Shown here in pieces: positions 19,594 to 31,213 of a stretch of 64,000 nt of DNA. Numbering within the stretch: the first letter of the stretch is position 1; each line of letters begins with the position of its first letter. The stretch spans positions 6,648-70,647 of IMG/VR virus record IMGVR_UViG_3300042303_000041; one strand, given 5' to 3'. This DNA comes from a virus (taxonomy: Duplodnaviria; Heunggongvirae; Uroviricota; Caudoviricetes). The position numbers were made by a program, and so were the translations under genes. The notes under the pieces were generated by a model. The model was not told where the DNA came from, did no database searches, and was given only the letters and a program-made list of their open reading frames with translations.

Positions 19594-20074
19594 GAATTGC
19601 CTTTAGCTGAAGAAGAATAGAATCAAGAATTTTATTCGTTTCAGAGGCACTAGTGTGAAGAATACCATTACCACCTTTCTCATTGAAAGGAGTGATACAT
19701 CCAATAGAGTCGTCAATTAATATAGAAGTCGGGGTTGCGTATGCAGCTTTTTCTATTTTGCTATGAACAAAGTTAGCTTTGTATGGAATGTTCTTAGCTT
19801 GAAGCCAGTTTAACTTTTGGTACTTGGCTGCGCTAGCTTGGAATGGGTCATGTGTTCCCATCGAGGTAAGAATCTCAATAGTGATTCTATCCAAACGTGA
19901 CACATGATTCAGCAACTCTGCGGTGTCTGGCATAAAGTCCAGCTTCTCAAAGATTTTTTCATCCATCACAGCAGAACGAAATCGTTTACGATCTGTTTTG
20001 TTGGGATCAAGTTTAATGTATTCTTTGTTGAAGTCAGCTAGGACTCCATCCATGTCTAAGTATAGTGTAATCAT
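19586..20074 (-). CDS. HAD-family 5'(3')-deoxyribonucleotidase
   Basis: LYLDMDGVLADF, ILIDD. Confidence 0.85.
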   Translation of the reverse strand: MITLYLDMDGVLADFNKEYIKLDPNKTDRKRFRSAVMDEKIFEKLDFMPDTAELLNHVSRLDRITIEILTSMGTHDPFQASAAKYQKLNWLQAKNIPYKANFVHSKIEKAAYATPTSILIDDSIGCITPFNEKGGNGILHTSASETNKILDSILLQLKAIHA

Positions 20075-20112
20075 AATCTTATTATACCGCAAAGCTGATT
20101 AAAAGTAAAGGG

Positions 20113-20493
20113 TTATTTTGCAACAAATTTGGTGAAATCTGGAGGTTGCCAGCCTTCGGGTTTAAGGATCTTTCCGTCTGCTCGACGAATAACCTTACCA
20201 GTTGTAGGGTCAATTTTAGAAAGATTACTTTGCGCACCTTCTTCCCATGCAGATTCACAATCCCATCCACGTGCTTTCATGTAGCCGATGATAACCCACA
20301 TCATATCAAAACATGCATCGAGTTGTTCAACATCATCATTTTCATCTACAGCTTCCCAAAATTCTTCTACTTCTTCTTTGATAAGATTTTGGTAGAGATT
20401 AGCAAGGTCAGATACAGCAGGATCAGGTTCACTTGGAAATGACTGTCCTGCTGCATTCAAGAAAGTAGTTACATCGGTAAAAACTTTATTCAT
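20113..20493 (-). CDS. MazG/PRA-PH-like NTP pyrophosphohydrolase
   Basis: LIKEEVEEF...EQLDACFD...SNLSK...DGKILKPEGWQPPD. Confidence 0.85.
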   Translation of the reverse strand: MNKVFTDVTTFLNAAGQSFPSEPDPAVSDLANLYQNLIKEEVEEFWEAVDENDDVEQLDACFDMMWVIIGYMKARGWDCESAWEEGAQSNLSKIDPTTGKVIRRADGKILKPEGWQPPDFTKFVAK

Positions 20494-20765
20494 CGGTTTC
20501 TTCCAGTATCCCAATAATTAGGGGCATGTTGAACTGTATCTTCGCTAGCACCAACAGTAGCATTCATTGCATCCATAGCAGAAAAGTCATAACTGGATTT
20601 GTAGTAGGTTTCTTCTTCTACGATATCTAAAACACCTGTATGCCAGAATCCACACCCACGCAAGAATAAATCAATATTCTCTAGAACATCAGGCAAATAT
20701 TCTTTATCAAATTCATAGGTGTTTTTCTCACCAGTTTCATGTTCAGCAATTAGTGTAAATTTCAT
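20490..20765 (-). CDS. Hypothetical protein
   Basis: ORF track. Confidence 0.6.
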   Translation of the reverse strand: MKFTLIAEHETGEKNTYEFDKEYLPDVLENIDLFLRGCGFWHTGVLDIVEEETYYKSSYDFSAMDAMNATVGASEDTVQHAPNYWDTGRNR

Positions 20766-20766
20766 T

Positions 20767-20931
20767 TCATTCTTTCTTTCTTAAAGTCCAAGAGCCATCT
20801 TTGTTGTCGATCCATTCAATGTTATCTCCAACCTTCCATCCAGCTGACTCCATCAAGGAATCAGGGAATTCTATAATAAGATCCTTTGTTTTTGGATCTT
20901 CCTGTATTTCTAGTGTGTATACTTCACTCAT
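20767..20931 (-). CDS. AbrB/MazE/SpoVT-like DNA-binding protein (54 aa)
   Basis: Manual: MSEVYTLEIQEDPKTKDLIIEFPDSLMESAGWKVGDNIEWIDNKDGSWTLRKKE*. Confidence 0.65.
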   Translation of the reverse strand: MSEVYTLEIQEDPKTKDLIIEFPDSLMESAGWKVGDNIEWIDNKDGSWTLRKKE

Positions 20932-21259
20932 AGTTTATCTCCAACCAATTTGTTTCTTCAGGTAGAACCTCAATAGTGATTCCATTCTTTTCTGCCTTAT
21001 CAATCATGTTTTCTAGAACACCATGACCATACATATTTGCACCATACGTATCTTTATGACACTGATAGACAGAACCAGAGGAACCCTCAAAGGAATATAC
21101 ATATCCTTCAAGAGTTGCCTTAGTAATGCCACTGTTTAGCTTCCATGAATCACTACCTGCCCACCCACCATACCAACAGGCAAATACCTTATGGATAGAT
21201 GGGTGCGTGCCGCTGCTAATTTTAATCACCAGCCACTTGTCGGGTATATATTCACTCAT
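20924..21259 (-). CDS. Conserved phage hypothetical protein
   Basis: W..GW.GSDSWKLNSGI motif. Confidence 0.6.
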   Translation of the reverse strand: MSEYIPDKWLVIKISSGTHPSIHKVFACWYGGWAGSDSWKLNSGITKATLEGYVYSFEGSSGSVYQCHKDTYGANMYGHGVLENMIDKAEKNGITIEVLPEETNWLEINYE

Positions 21260-21260
21260 A

Positions 21261-22208
21261 TCAAATCTCTACAACTTTCAGTTCAAAAGTATTGGCAATT
21301 TCTTCGTACTTTATGTAACCACGTGGGTTGCAAACAATACGAGTATCACCAATCTTGTAGTCGTAACGTTCATGAGTATGACCATGAATCCACAACTTGA
21401 TACCTGGACGATCCAAAATGAATTCGTCTAAGTCTGAGTGGTATCCACCATTCATCAGCTGGTCCTCTTTGTATCGAGGATGGCAACTTTGATGACTAGG
21501 TGTATGATGACCAATCACAACAATGCTAGTCCATGCAGGAGTGTCCTCGTATACTTGTTTAATGTAACCAAGAGACTTTTCATGTTCTTCCACTGCATCT
21601 TCTGCACTAAACAATGCAGTGCGAGTTCGGAATGTAGGAATCTGACGACCATCTTCCGTAACTTCAAATGTCTTGTAAGAAACCTCGCGAGAGCTATTGT
21701 CAACACAGCGGAAATCGTTCATGCAAGACTTCATATGAAACAACGTAAGTGGATCACGCTTGTTCATATCAGTCCACAGAGTACTGCCGATAAAACGAAT
21801 ACCATTGAACTCAAACACATCTCGATCCATAATTTGCAGATTCTTGATATAACCTAGCTTTTCACGGAGACGTGGAATAGTCTTTGGAAAGTCTCCATGG
21901 TAGTGTTCATGGTTACCAGCTATGTATAGAACGTGCTTGAACTCGGCAGCAGCTGTTTGAAAGAAACGATGCCATTGCTGAGAACGACTATTCTCACCAA
22001 CTAGGTTAAGTGAGTCAAAATCGTTTAGATCCTTGGCAACACAGATGTCACCTGCAAGAATTAGGATATCCACATTCCCTGGATTCTTAAGCTCAATACT
22101 TCCAAACTCCAAGTGAACGTCTGAACAAATAGCTACACGTGCTGCATGACCCTTGGTTAGCTTTACACTAACTTCGTCACCAACACCAAATTTACTTTGC
22201 AATCCCAT
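21261..22208 (-). CDS. Calcineurin-like metallophosphoesterase
   Basis: SDVHLE, LAGDI, AGNHEHY, GHHTP, WIHGHTH. Confidence 0.9.
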   Translation of the reverse strand: MGLQSKFGVGDEVSVKLTKGHAARVAICSDVHLEFGSIELKNPGNVDILILAGDICVAKDLNDFDSLNLVGENSRSQQWHRFFQTAAAEFKHVLYIAGNHEHYHGDFPKTIPRLREKLGYIKNLQIMDRDVFEFNGIRFIGSTLWTDMNKRDPLTLFHMKSCMNDFRCVDNSSREVSYKTFEVTEDGRQIPTFRTRTALFSAEDAVEEHEKSLGYIKQVYEDTPAWTSIVVIGHHTPSHQSCHPRYKEDQLMNGGYHSDLDEFILDRPGIKLWIHGHTHERYDYKIGDTRIVCNPRGYIKYEEIANTFELKVVEI

Positions 22209-22368
22209 TATTTACTCCACATTTTACGTACGGATTATCACAATTCCGCACAGGTACTTTAACTTTTACAGGCACATAGCTATTATACGAGTCTTTTACT
22301 GAAAAGTCAAATTTATTTGTAGTACAACCAGTTAGCATAATTGCAAACGACAATAAGACAACTTTCAT
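22192..22368 (-). CDS. Small lipoprotein
   Basis: MKVVLLSFAIMLTGC lipobox. Confidence 0.5.
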   Translation of the reverse strand: MKVVLLSFAIMLTGCTTNKFDFSVKDSYNSYVPVKVKVPVRNCDNPYVKCGVNNGIAK

Positions 22369-22824
22369 TTTAGAACTTTCGTAGTATTTCTTTAGCTTCA
22401 CGATACCCACTTTGATCGACCTTTTGCTCCAGGGCACGCATCTCAAAATCTACATCATCCCCACTTCGAGCGAAGCGAGACATCTGTACCGTACCCCATG
22501 CACTGGGAGTAGTAAGTGTCCACTGGGTTGGAGTATAATCCTTGGCAGAGATCGTGATAGACTGATACTTATATTTACTCAAATCAACGCTATACTTTTT
22601 CATAGTACTCCAATAATAAAAATAAACAAGGCTATGTACGGTGCACCACAAATGAATGCAAACATTGCTAGGATTGTGGCAAAGAATGCCTTATCACTGC
22701 CCATCTTTAGCTCCACAGTTGCAGGATCTTCCCTGATTACATTCTTGATTACATCCACTCTTGGGTAATCTCCGAACGATTGTTATCGCCATGGCTACCA
22801 CGATTAGTATAATTAGTAATGTAA

Positions 22825-23611
22825 TCATTCTTCAACTCCGAAATGTTTTTGTATGTCTGCAATACACCTACGGACTTCCATGTCCTCACGGTTCAAATCA
22901 CCCATGAATCGCTTTTGTAGGACGGAGATAGTTTCTTTGAGAATTAACTCGGCGAACTCTTTATCATAATCGTATCGGCGACCAAAAGAGGAATCCTCAT
23001 TCCTCTCCATGTGGTTCATGTATGCAATATTTGAAAGTTCTTTCATTCGTTCATTCATTATTCAACTCCGAAATGTTTCCTAATCTTTTTAGAACACTCG
23101 CTGACAACATACCCGTTTGATTCTAATTCGGATACTGCCCAACATTGAGCGATACATTCTCGCATAATCAACTCGGCGAACTTTTCTAGTGTCTGCTCTG
23201 AAACACTAACTGGACTTCCTTGTTCAGGATAACGAACTTTGATTTCGTCACTATCTTCCCAGAGTTGTTTAATTCGTTCGTTCATTCTTCAATCCCAAAA
23301 TGTTCTTTCAATATGAGGTCTGGCCAAGTTTCATCACCTTCATGGTCGCTTGCCCTGTATATTTTTCCATCCAATTCATCGATACATTCCCGAACAATAA
23401 TCTCAGTATACCTAGCCAGTGCTGCTTCCCACATATCACGATCTAAGCCTAGCCCATAGACATCGAGTCCAGAGGATCTAGCTGCACTACGCAGGATATC
23501 CTTGTGTGTAACACGCTTAACCTCTATAGGCTCCAGTGTTACCTTGGGAATACACCCATGATTTAAACAGTGAGCCACAGTCTCGCATTCGTTGCAAATG
23601 TTATATGTCAT
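22825..23611 (-). repeat. Three tandem paralogous small ORFs ending KHFG(V/I)EE
   Basis: 22825-23058, 23058-23285, 23282-23611 share (F)AELI..ECI...HFG(V/I)EE. Confidence 0.75.
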
Positions 23612-23714
23612 GATAAACCTTTTCTAGAGAGGGTATCGGGTCGCAACCCTCTACCTGTTAAAATTTTTCGGCGGCGATTTTTGGGACAAAGTGAACCCAA
23701 AGTGTGTAACCCTA

Positions 23715-23885
23715 TTAAAAGGACTCTATCCATGCAATGTGTATGGCTCTTGCTTCTTTTAGTGTTAGCTCTGGGAATGCAGCATGCAGGAATGGAGCAG
23801 CGCCCCACATATTAGTTACCCCTGAATCACGGAGCTCAACTAGGAAATCGAAATACTCTTGCATGGTGTTGGATGATGTAGTCAT
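23715..23885 (-). CDS. Hypothetical 56-aa protein
   Basis: Manual: MTTSSNTMQEYFDFLVELRDSGVTNMWGAAPFLHAAFPELTLKEARAIHIAWIESF*. Confidence 0.55.
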   Translation of the reverse strand: MTTSSNTMQEYFDFLVELRDSGVTNMWGAAPFLHAAFPELTLKEARAIHIAWIESF

Positions 23886-24204
23886 AGGAGAGAATAAATG
23901 TGTGTGGGGGTTTAAGTCGTTATTAGGCTAAGGGAGGAGTCCCGTTGAATTAAAACGGCAGTGCTAAGTCTAATTAAAACACTATATTTTCATAATATTA
24001 GTCAACACTTTTGTTGCATCTTGCAAGCACAGTGGCTCATCTTCTGCAACACTCAGCATCATCAGTTGTTCCAGTGTTGCAATCTCACTTGCATCCTGTG
24101 TACTCTTCCACTCATCATACTGCTCAGTAGACTCCATGGACCACATAGTGTCCAGGAGTGTAACTTGTCGCTTTGTAAGTCCAGTAATAGTAGGCATGTG
24201 TTCC

Positions 24205-25137
24205 TTAAGCAGTCAACATGTAAGTAGCCAAGTCTTTCCAGTCCTTGTTAGAGGCACGGATCTTGCTAACAGCAATCAAGGTGCGCAAGGAGATTTCTTT
24301 GCAATCACTCTTGAGTTCACGAATCAAGGACAAGGCATCTGTCTTAACAGCAGCATCGTACTCAGGCAGGAACTCATCGCTCTTTGCAATGTACTCCATA
24401 CGATCGATCTTTTGGTCCAAGGTCATGGACAAGTCGATCATCATGGAACGACTACGGATAGCTTGGTCGATCTTGTCCTGATCCATGTTGGAGATAAAGA
24501 TAACACGACCTTCGAAGGAGAAGGAACGTGGCAGATCTTCGTCTTTCATGTCTGCATTCCAGGAGATGATACGCTTACCATAGGAGTCAAGAGCACCTTT
24601 GAGCAGGTTCAGTGCAACAGCATCCTTCAACACAGCATCGCAGTCGTCAAACACGATGATAGACTTTTGGTTCTCAAACAGGGTACGATACAAACCCTTG
24701 GCAGTAGAGTAACCTTTGACCATAGTAAAGCACTTGCTAGCATTGATCTTTTCGCCAACAGCAAAATCACCCAAGTCAGAGATGTCCTTAAAACCATTGG
24801 CTTCCAAGGTCTTAATCACAGTGAATGTCTTGCCGAGACCACCTTCGCCAGTGATCACAGCAGAAGGCTGAACAGAGGATGCCACCATGGACACCAGCTT
24901 TTCTACGAAACCAAAGCGAGCATTGATGCCAAACTTTGCTTCACGATCAGCAGACTTTTTAGCAGATGCTTTGTCAGCAGCAATAAAGTTGATTTTGGAA
25001 CCAGCCATCTCTTCGAGACGACGTTCCACGTATGCACGACCCACAGAGCGGACCACGACTTTACCATTCAGGGAGCCAACAAATTTGCCAGAGGCGGAAT
25101 CAAAGGAGACAGAGACGTTCATTTCAAGTTCTTTCAT
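24205..25137 (-). CDS. AAA+ family ATPase
   Basis: GEGGLGKT Walker A, IIVFDDCD Walker B, FISN, AIRSR; strong codon bias. Confidence 0.85.
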   Translation of the reverse strand: MKELEMNVSVSFDSASGKFVGSLNGKVVVRSVGRAYVERRLEEMAGSKINFIAADKASAKKSADREAKFGINARFGFVEKLVSMVASSVQPSAVITGEGGLGKTFTVIKTLEANGFKDISDLGDFAVGEKINASKCFTMVKGYSTAKGLYRTLFENQKSIIVFDDCDAVLKDAVALNLLKGALDSYGKRIISWNADMKDEDLPRSFSFEGRVIFISNMDQDKIDQAIRSRSMMIDLSMTLDQKIDRMEYIAKSDEFLPEYDAAVKTDALSLIRELKSDCKEISLRTLIAVSKIRASNKDWKDLATYMLTA

Positions 25138-25151
25138 AATCACAATAGAGT

Positions 25152-25203
25152 TATTATACAGTATCGACGAATTAAAGTAAACACCCTACAGTCTTAGGGG
25201 TTA
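25152..25203 (-). promoter_or_regulatory. Early promoter cassette (TTTACT-17-TATAAT plus CCCTA...TAGGG palindrome)
   Basis: One of about 12 related copies (see findings). Confidence 0.85.
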
Positions 25204-25384
25204 TTCCTGTTTCCACAGTCTCTCTAGAGATCAGGACACCACGATAAGCAGTCGCATATGTCTCTGCCAGTGCCTTAATTCCGAATACTAAGGTTTTACC
25301 ACTAGGAAACAACACTGTATACATTAATCTATCCTCATCATCCAGTAACACAGTTATTCTACATCAAAGTCAAATAAAAATCAA

Positions 25385-26864
25385 CTATTTTTGTTCATTG
25401 CAAGCACACCAGACAGCATTATTGCAAGTCCACACACTGCGATTAGGGTCAATTGCACCAAGGATGCAGCAGGATCGACTTCCATAGTGCCTACAGCACC
25501 GTAAACCATCATGAAACCAACACCAGCACGTATCGAACCACTCATTTTTCACTCCTAATATACAATAATTATACCGCAAAGCCGAATTAAAGTAAAGACC
25601 CTACAGTTATGAGGGTTTTACATGCCATCCAGTGTCCATAGGTCGCCATCCTGCACAAATTGACCACGTTTCAGTGGTGGTTCCTTGCCTGGTAGTGCCA
25701 TATCTGGTTCATCACCATGATTTAAATTATATTTGACTTGCTCGGCACTATCATTACCACTATTCATGTACTTTGATTGCTTTAATGACAGTATTTGCTT
25801 GTGTTCGTCACTGTGTATGCGGCTATTACCACATGAGCGTGAGCAGTATGGACCTCTTTTATAGTGAATTTCACCACAGGTCGGACATTCTTTTTCTTTA
25901 TATGCCATTTTATTTGAGGGTAATCATAGATAAGCACTATTTAGCACGGTGCGATAACCACGAAAATAACACGACTAAATAGCACCATTCATTCTCTCTA
26001 CACACACCCTACATGTTTGGTCATAGTATGTTTCCCTAATTGCATCATTATCTGATAAGCAATATGGACATGCAATATCCTTAGTGTTAACCTTTGCTGG
26101 TCTATGGTTTCTTTTATTATTTGCACTTATTATACGTTGTGTACGTATTCTCTCTATTAGTTCATATAGGTTCATATCTACCTACCCACTGCGTTCATTC
26201 TAATTCGTAGTGCATTTAAGCCAGATTGAATAGTCAACAGTTCTGCCAATGCTTTAGTATAGTGTCCATTAGGATGTTTATCATGAGACATCTTTCTCTC
26301 TACTACCACGGCAGACTTTACTGCATCAATGGCACTATCAACTGATTCGATTCGTGCTTCAAGTTTCTCTAGATCTGTCATATTCTATATCCATTCTCTA
26401 TTGTAATAGATTGATCCTTCTTGTCCTGGATCATTACTATTGGTACATTTGTTAGTATGATTGGTTGCTTTGGGACATCTTTTATTACCACATTCAGGAC
26501 ATAATCTCATGTAGACGGATTCTGGATCTGTATAGTCTATTGGTCTGCATGTATGACAGTTGCATTTTGGAAAGTCTACTGGATTACTAGTATTCGTTAT
26601 GTGATAGTTACGGTTTCTTGCAAACTCTGCTTGTTTCTCTAGTGTAGATTCACTATAACCTTTATCCTCATCCATCCAGCTACCGACTTCTATTAGTCTC
26701 TCTAGCAGCGTTGGTTCTGGTATTCCATCTATCTCATTTACCATACGCTGCAGTAAGTCTATTTGACCTTGCTTCCATCGTTTATCTTCCTGGGAATGTG
26801 ATGATTCTTTTATGTCCTTATGGTAGTGTATCTCAAACTCCAGGTATAGTGCAGTGGTATTCAT
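25385..26864 (-). other. Array of small early hypothetical ORFs (several Cys-rich zinc-finger-like)
   Basis: ORFs 25385-25579, 25618-25908, 25975-26175, 26178-26381, 26385-26864. Confidence 0.55.
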
Positions 26865-26867
26865 ATT

Positions 26868-27242
26868 TCACCTTATAGCTTTGGCTCTACTAGTAATCAT
26901 GGCATCCAATTCACCCTTGTCCATTACATTACTATACGTATCTACATAACCCGAGGCATGGTCAGTTACACGATTATCGGCTTCATGATATGTGCGAATG
27001 CGCTCATTACCTGCAAGATATCGTTCTGTATCCTTATGATAGTGAGCCATTACCCTTGATATGCATGTGCTATATGCAGCTGCTCGATTATCTTCTCGGG
27101 ATCTAGAATTAGTTCCATTTGCCTGAATACCAGTTGGCTCATGAATGCACCTGCAGCAATTCTGGTGTTTGTTACGATGTTGCCCACCCTTACCAGTTCC
27201 AGAGAACCATTCGTATCTAAATTGATCTGGAGTTATTTTCAT
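26868..27242 (-). CDS. Peptide-chain-release-factor (GGQ) domain protein, ArfB/PrfH-like
   Basis: FSGTGKGGQHRNK...HEPTGI...RSREDNR...RIRTY. Confidence 0.88.
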   Translation of the reverse strand: MKITPDQFRYEWFSGTGKGGQHRNKHQNCCRCIHEPTGIQANGTNSRSREDNRAAAYSTCISRVMAHYHKDTERYLAGNERIRTYHEADNRVTDHASGYVDTYSNVMDKGELDAMITSRAKAIR

Positions 27243-28779
27243 TATTCCACCATAAACTCGCATCCACATGCAGATGATAACATAGCATCCAATGACGAAT
27301 TAGCATCGATTGGAGGTACTTTATATTCTCTAAACTCCGTACCTTTACGGCAAAGAGTGCAGATATAATTGTATAACTCAGCTTTGCATTCGTCTTCAGT
27401 GGAGAATTCTTTCTCCCATCCAGGCATGGATAACTTAATTAGTTGCATTCTTGTTCCTGTTTATTAATCCCAGTTCTTTTTTATCGCCGTAATCTTCATT
27501 CCAATCATAACCAGCAAAGTATTCTTCAATCTCTTGCTCGGTCATATTATTAGATTCAATGCGAGGTGCATGGCCAGTGCCATTTGGATATTTGTGTGGA
27601 TCACGACCACGATCATAATAGGAATCTGCAGAGCCACGATCAAAGGGAGAACCATGACGCACATAGTAATTACGACCATTGTATTCTACTGTATACATAT
27701 TATTCTCCAATAATAACCAATTCAGGAGACCAAACATGAATATCTGATGCAGTAACTGCGTTTTGATATTCTTGGTTCATTGCCATATCAACCAATGCTT
27801 CTTGGTTTGGCAAGGCTTGTAAGATGCGGATCAATTCCGCTACAGTCAATTGGGTTTCCATTTTATATTACCTTAGTTGAAGTAAGATTCTGCAGCAATT
27901 TCGGCAGCACGTTCTTGCGCATCGATGTCGCTAGCAATCTGATCGATGATGATTCGGCAAGCCTCGCGAGGATAACCTGATTTCACCATAAACTCTGTAA
28001 TCACGTCGTAGTTGACGCAATCGACAACCATCTCAACAACCTCAGCATGCAACTCACTCATAGCAGACATTTCAGTTCCTTTTCGTTTCATCATAGTAAT
28101 GATTATACCATAGATCCGAATTAAAGTAAAGCCCCTCAGATCTGTAGGGGATTAGTCACTCCCAGGTGTAGCCACTGTAAGTGCTATCAAAGTGTGACCT
28201 AAACTCATGGCTGTCTCTAGGAGCAGAGGCAGCTGCAACACGACGGATTTCGGCAGCGTGTTTTGCCATAGCTCTCATTTGCTCGGCATGACGGATCATT
28301 GCAAAAACACCTTCCAATCCACTACGTTCATATGTCAAGTGGTACTCAACAGCTTCTTCAATGTTGCGAGGATAGATTTCTTTGGTAAACCCTTGGAAGG
28401 TACCAATTTTAGAGAGGAAGTCCCATGCAGATTCTTTGCTAGCAAATGTCATCTCACCAGACTTGGTAATTACGGTGTATCTTTCAGTCATTTCAATCTC
28501 TCTTTCATTTCAGTATAACTTATTATACCGCTGGGACGAATTAAAGTAAAGACCCTCAGATCTGTAGGGTTACCAGCTGGACTCGTCCACTATCGTCTTA
28601 GTGACGTCTACCACAGTACCATTTAAAGCAATTCCAGAGATTTTGGCAGTTATAATAGATCCAATACCAGAACTATTATCAGAGATAACTTCCACTACAT
28701 CACAGCCATTGGGAAATGCTTTTAGAAACTGCAGTAATGTTTCTAAATCATCTTTATGTAAGTAAACTTTATTCAGCAT
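27242..28779 (-). other. Array of small early hypothetical ORFs with two promoter cassettes (28103-28152, 28522-28571)
   Basis: ORF track plus repeated promoter motif. Confidence 0.55.
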
Positions 28780-29239
28780 GCCATATCTCCATAAATCCTT
28801 CTTCTAATGAAGGTGGTTCGTTAATCAATTGTAGACACATATTATCTACTACTTCTTGTGGGATTATCTTTCCTGGACGAGAAGTTAATCTACGTTGTAA
28901 TTCTGCATTTTCGGGAGTTTTAAATACAACGGCAATTGCATAATAATCTGGCAGCATTCGTAGTTTCTTTGCACGTGCTTTAATAGTAGTGCTAGTCTGA
29001 TCCCAGATAATATCCTTACCCAGTGACTTTGCCCATAATACTCGCTCAACCATTAACTCTAATGCTCGTGGCATATAATCATCGAATACCTCGGAGTATG
29101 TAAGACTACATTCCTTTGCATAATCCTCAACAAACTCATCTGTTGATACATATACGCATTCGTCTTTCCACTTTTGATTATTAACCCATGTGCTCTTTCC
29201 AGATGCAGGAACTCCAACTAATACGTATAAGTTACTCAT
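28769..29239 (-). CDS. P-loop polynucleotide-kinase-like protein (AAA_33)
   Basis: LVGVPASGKST, STD, IIWDQT, R. Confidence 0.8.
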   Translation of the reverse strand: MSNLYVLVGVPASGKSTWVNNQKWKDECVYVSTDEFVEDYAKECSLTYSEVFDDYMPRALELMVERVLWAKSLGKDIIWDQTSTTIKARAKKLRMLPDYYAIAVVFKTPENAELQRRLTSRPGKIIPQEVVDNMCLQLINEPPSLEEGFMEIWHAE

Positions 29240-31213
29240 ATTTTATTTCCAAACTCGTCTGTTTCCATTGCCCAATGAATAGTAATCCAATCTACAATAC
29301 AGAGTGCATCACTAATTATACTATGCATATTTGCTTCGCACATCTTATGAAACCAATACGAATAATAGGATTTAAGAATCTGCTCTTCAGTCCATGTTTC
29401 TTGAACATACTGACCAAACTCTCCAGGGAATACAATAGTCCAGTATCTCATCGCTTTACCGTTCTTAATAGTCGTACTTGAGAATCTGGAGTCATAAATG
29501 CACGGATAATAACTCGCCATTCTCCATTTAGTGAATCCTGTGCTTGATTAATCTCTACCAGTTTCTCTTTGTATAATGCCTCAGCCAATTTCTGAATAAG
29601 GGTTTCTCGCACGTCTTGTTTAAATGCTTGGTCATTCAATGCTTTAAAACGATATTCTTCTGGTAACACTGCACGACCAATAACCATTATGCCTTGGATA
29701 ACATGGTCCTCATATTCAAAAGCTACATCAAAATCACATTCATTCATATAGTTTCCTTATAATCTGTACCATTCAAGTCAGAGTAATATGCCCAAGAACG
29801 ATTACAAGTATGGCAGTTAATACTACCAGAAGTCATATTACGATCTGGATTAAGATTATTACCATACTTGTCATAGATTGGAGCATAATAGACTGCAGTA
29901 GTCATACTAAGTCCAGGAGCAAACCTGCATTCTTTAGTACATGATGGATTCGGATTCATTTATTACTCCATTACTATGTCGATCCCGTTGACTTTCGAGA
30001 TCTTGTTGGTGTCTTTGTTCCTGAATTGTTAGTTCCTTGAACGTCTTTCTTGGGTTTGCGCACATTACGCACTGGGGATTTCCGCACGACACTGGGCTTT
30101 TCTTTGCTAGTCGGTGCGGTTGTTTTTCTTGGAGTCCGTGTGCTTTTGCTATCTTCAGCTTTCGTTTTACCACGACCTCTTTTTGGTGCAGTCTCTTGCT
30201 GTGCTGTTCCTTTGCTTGCTGGTCCATACTTTTCTCCAAGTGGGTCATTGGGATCACCTAGCATTAAATGAATGTATGCTTGTTCGGTGATTTCGTCATA
30301 TTCGTATTTAGCACCAAGTCTGTCCTCGAATGCTAACCACGACTTTAAATTGTATCCACGAGCAGGAATCAAGCATTCAAAACCTGATTGCATGGTCGTG
30401 TGTATACAAAAGTACGCATCGCGACGTACAGTGTCGTTTGGCATTATACTAACTTACCAACAGCTTCAATGATTCCAAAGTCAGCTTCTTTGATAGTGGC
30501 AATACGATTCAACTGCAACGTTGACTTGCGTGTATAAGGCTCAGTCTTGTAAGTAAGAGTTGGACGAACATCAGCCCATGTTGCAGAGTTGTAGTCTTTT
30601 GACCAACTAAACTCAGTGCCATCTGGTTTGACTTGAAATGTACGTGTGCTCTCTACTTCGATACGAGCACGTTGTTGACCACTACTCTGGATGTAGCCAA
30701 CGTACTTGCCCTTGTTGACAGAGACACGATGACTATAACCAGTGGTAACAACCATGACAGTGTCACCTACGTTTACTTCATTGCCCAATGCACCTTTGAT
30801 TGGTGCTGCGATTACTGTTGCTACTTTACCCATGATATCTCCTTAATAAAAATTTACTCTACATTAGTCCAACGATTAATATCGACACCAGTATAATCAT
30901 CTTTGTCCCATCGACGATTGATATAGTATTCTTGCACTGCCATAACGGCTTCTGTTAGATAACGAACTCGTTCATCGGCAAAGAATCCACCATCACCTTT
31001 TGGATTCGCAGTATATATTACCTCTCCACCATGGTCTGGCACATTCACTCGGAACCCACCATGGCGCAGACGGAAATATGCTACTTGCTGACCAAGATCA
31101 TCAAACACATCGTACTGCTCAGGACAAGCACCGCAAGTTTGTTGTAATCGGTAGCCATGAATCATGACACCCAACTGCCACATCTTTGGTTTCTCTACTG
31201 TATCAGTCATCAC
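29236..31213 (-). other. Array of hypothetical ORFs
   Basis: 29236-29520, 29448-29747, 29744-29959, 29934-30227, 29974-30444, 30444-30833, 30854-31213. Confidence 0.5.

Noticed and set aside
23620-23980. Non-coding stretches with AAAATTTTTCGGCGGCG as a possible origin or genome end
   Set aside because: No iterons or terminal repeat evidence visible; cannot be supported from this window
24136-25197. 353-aa plus-strand ORF
   Set aside because: Antisense shadow of the strongly codon-biased AAA ATPase; no SD and no recognisable motifs
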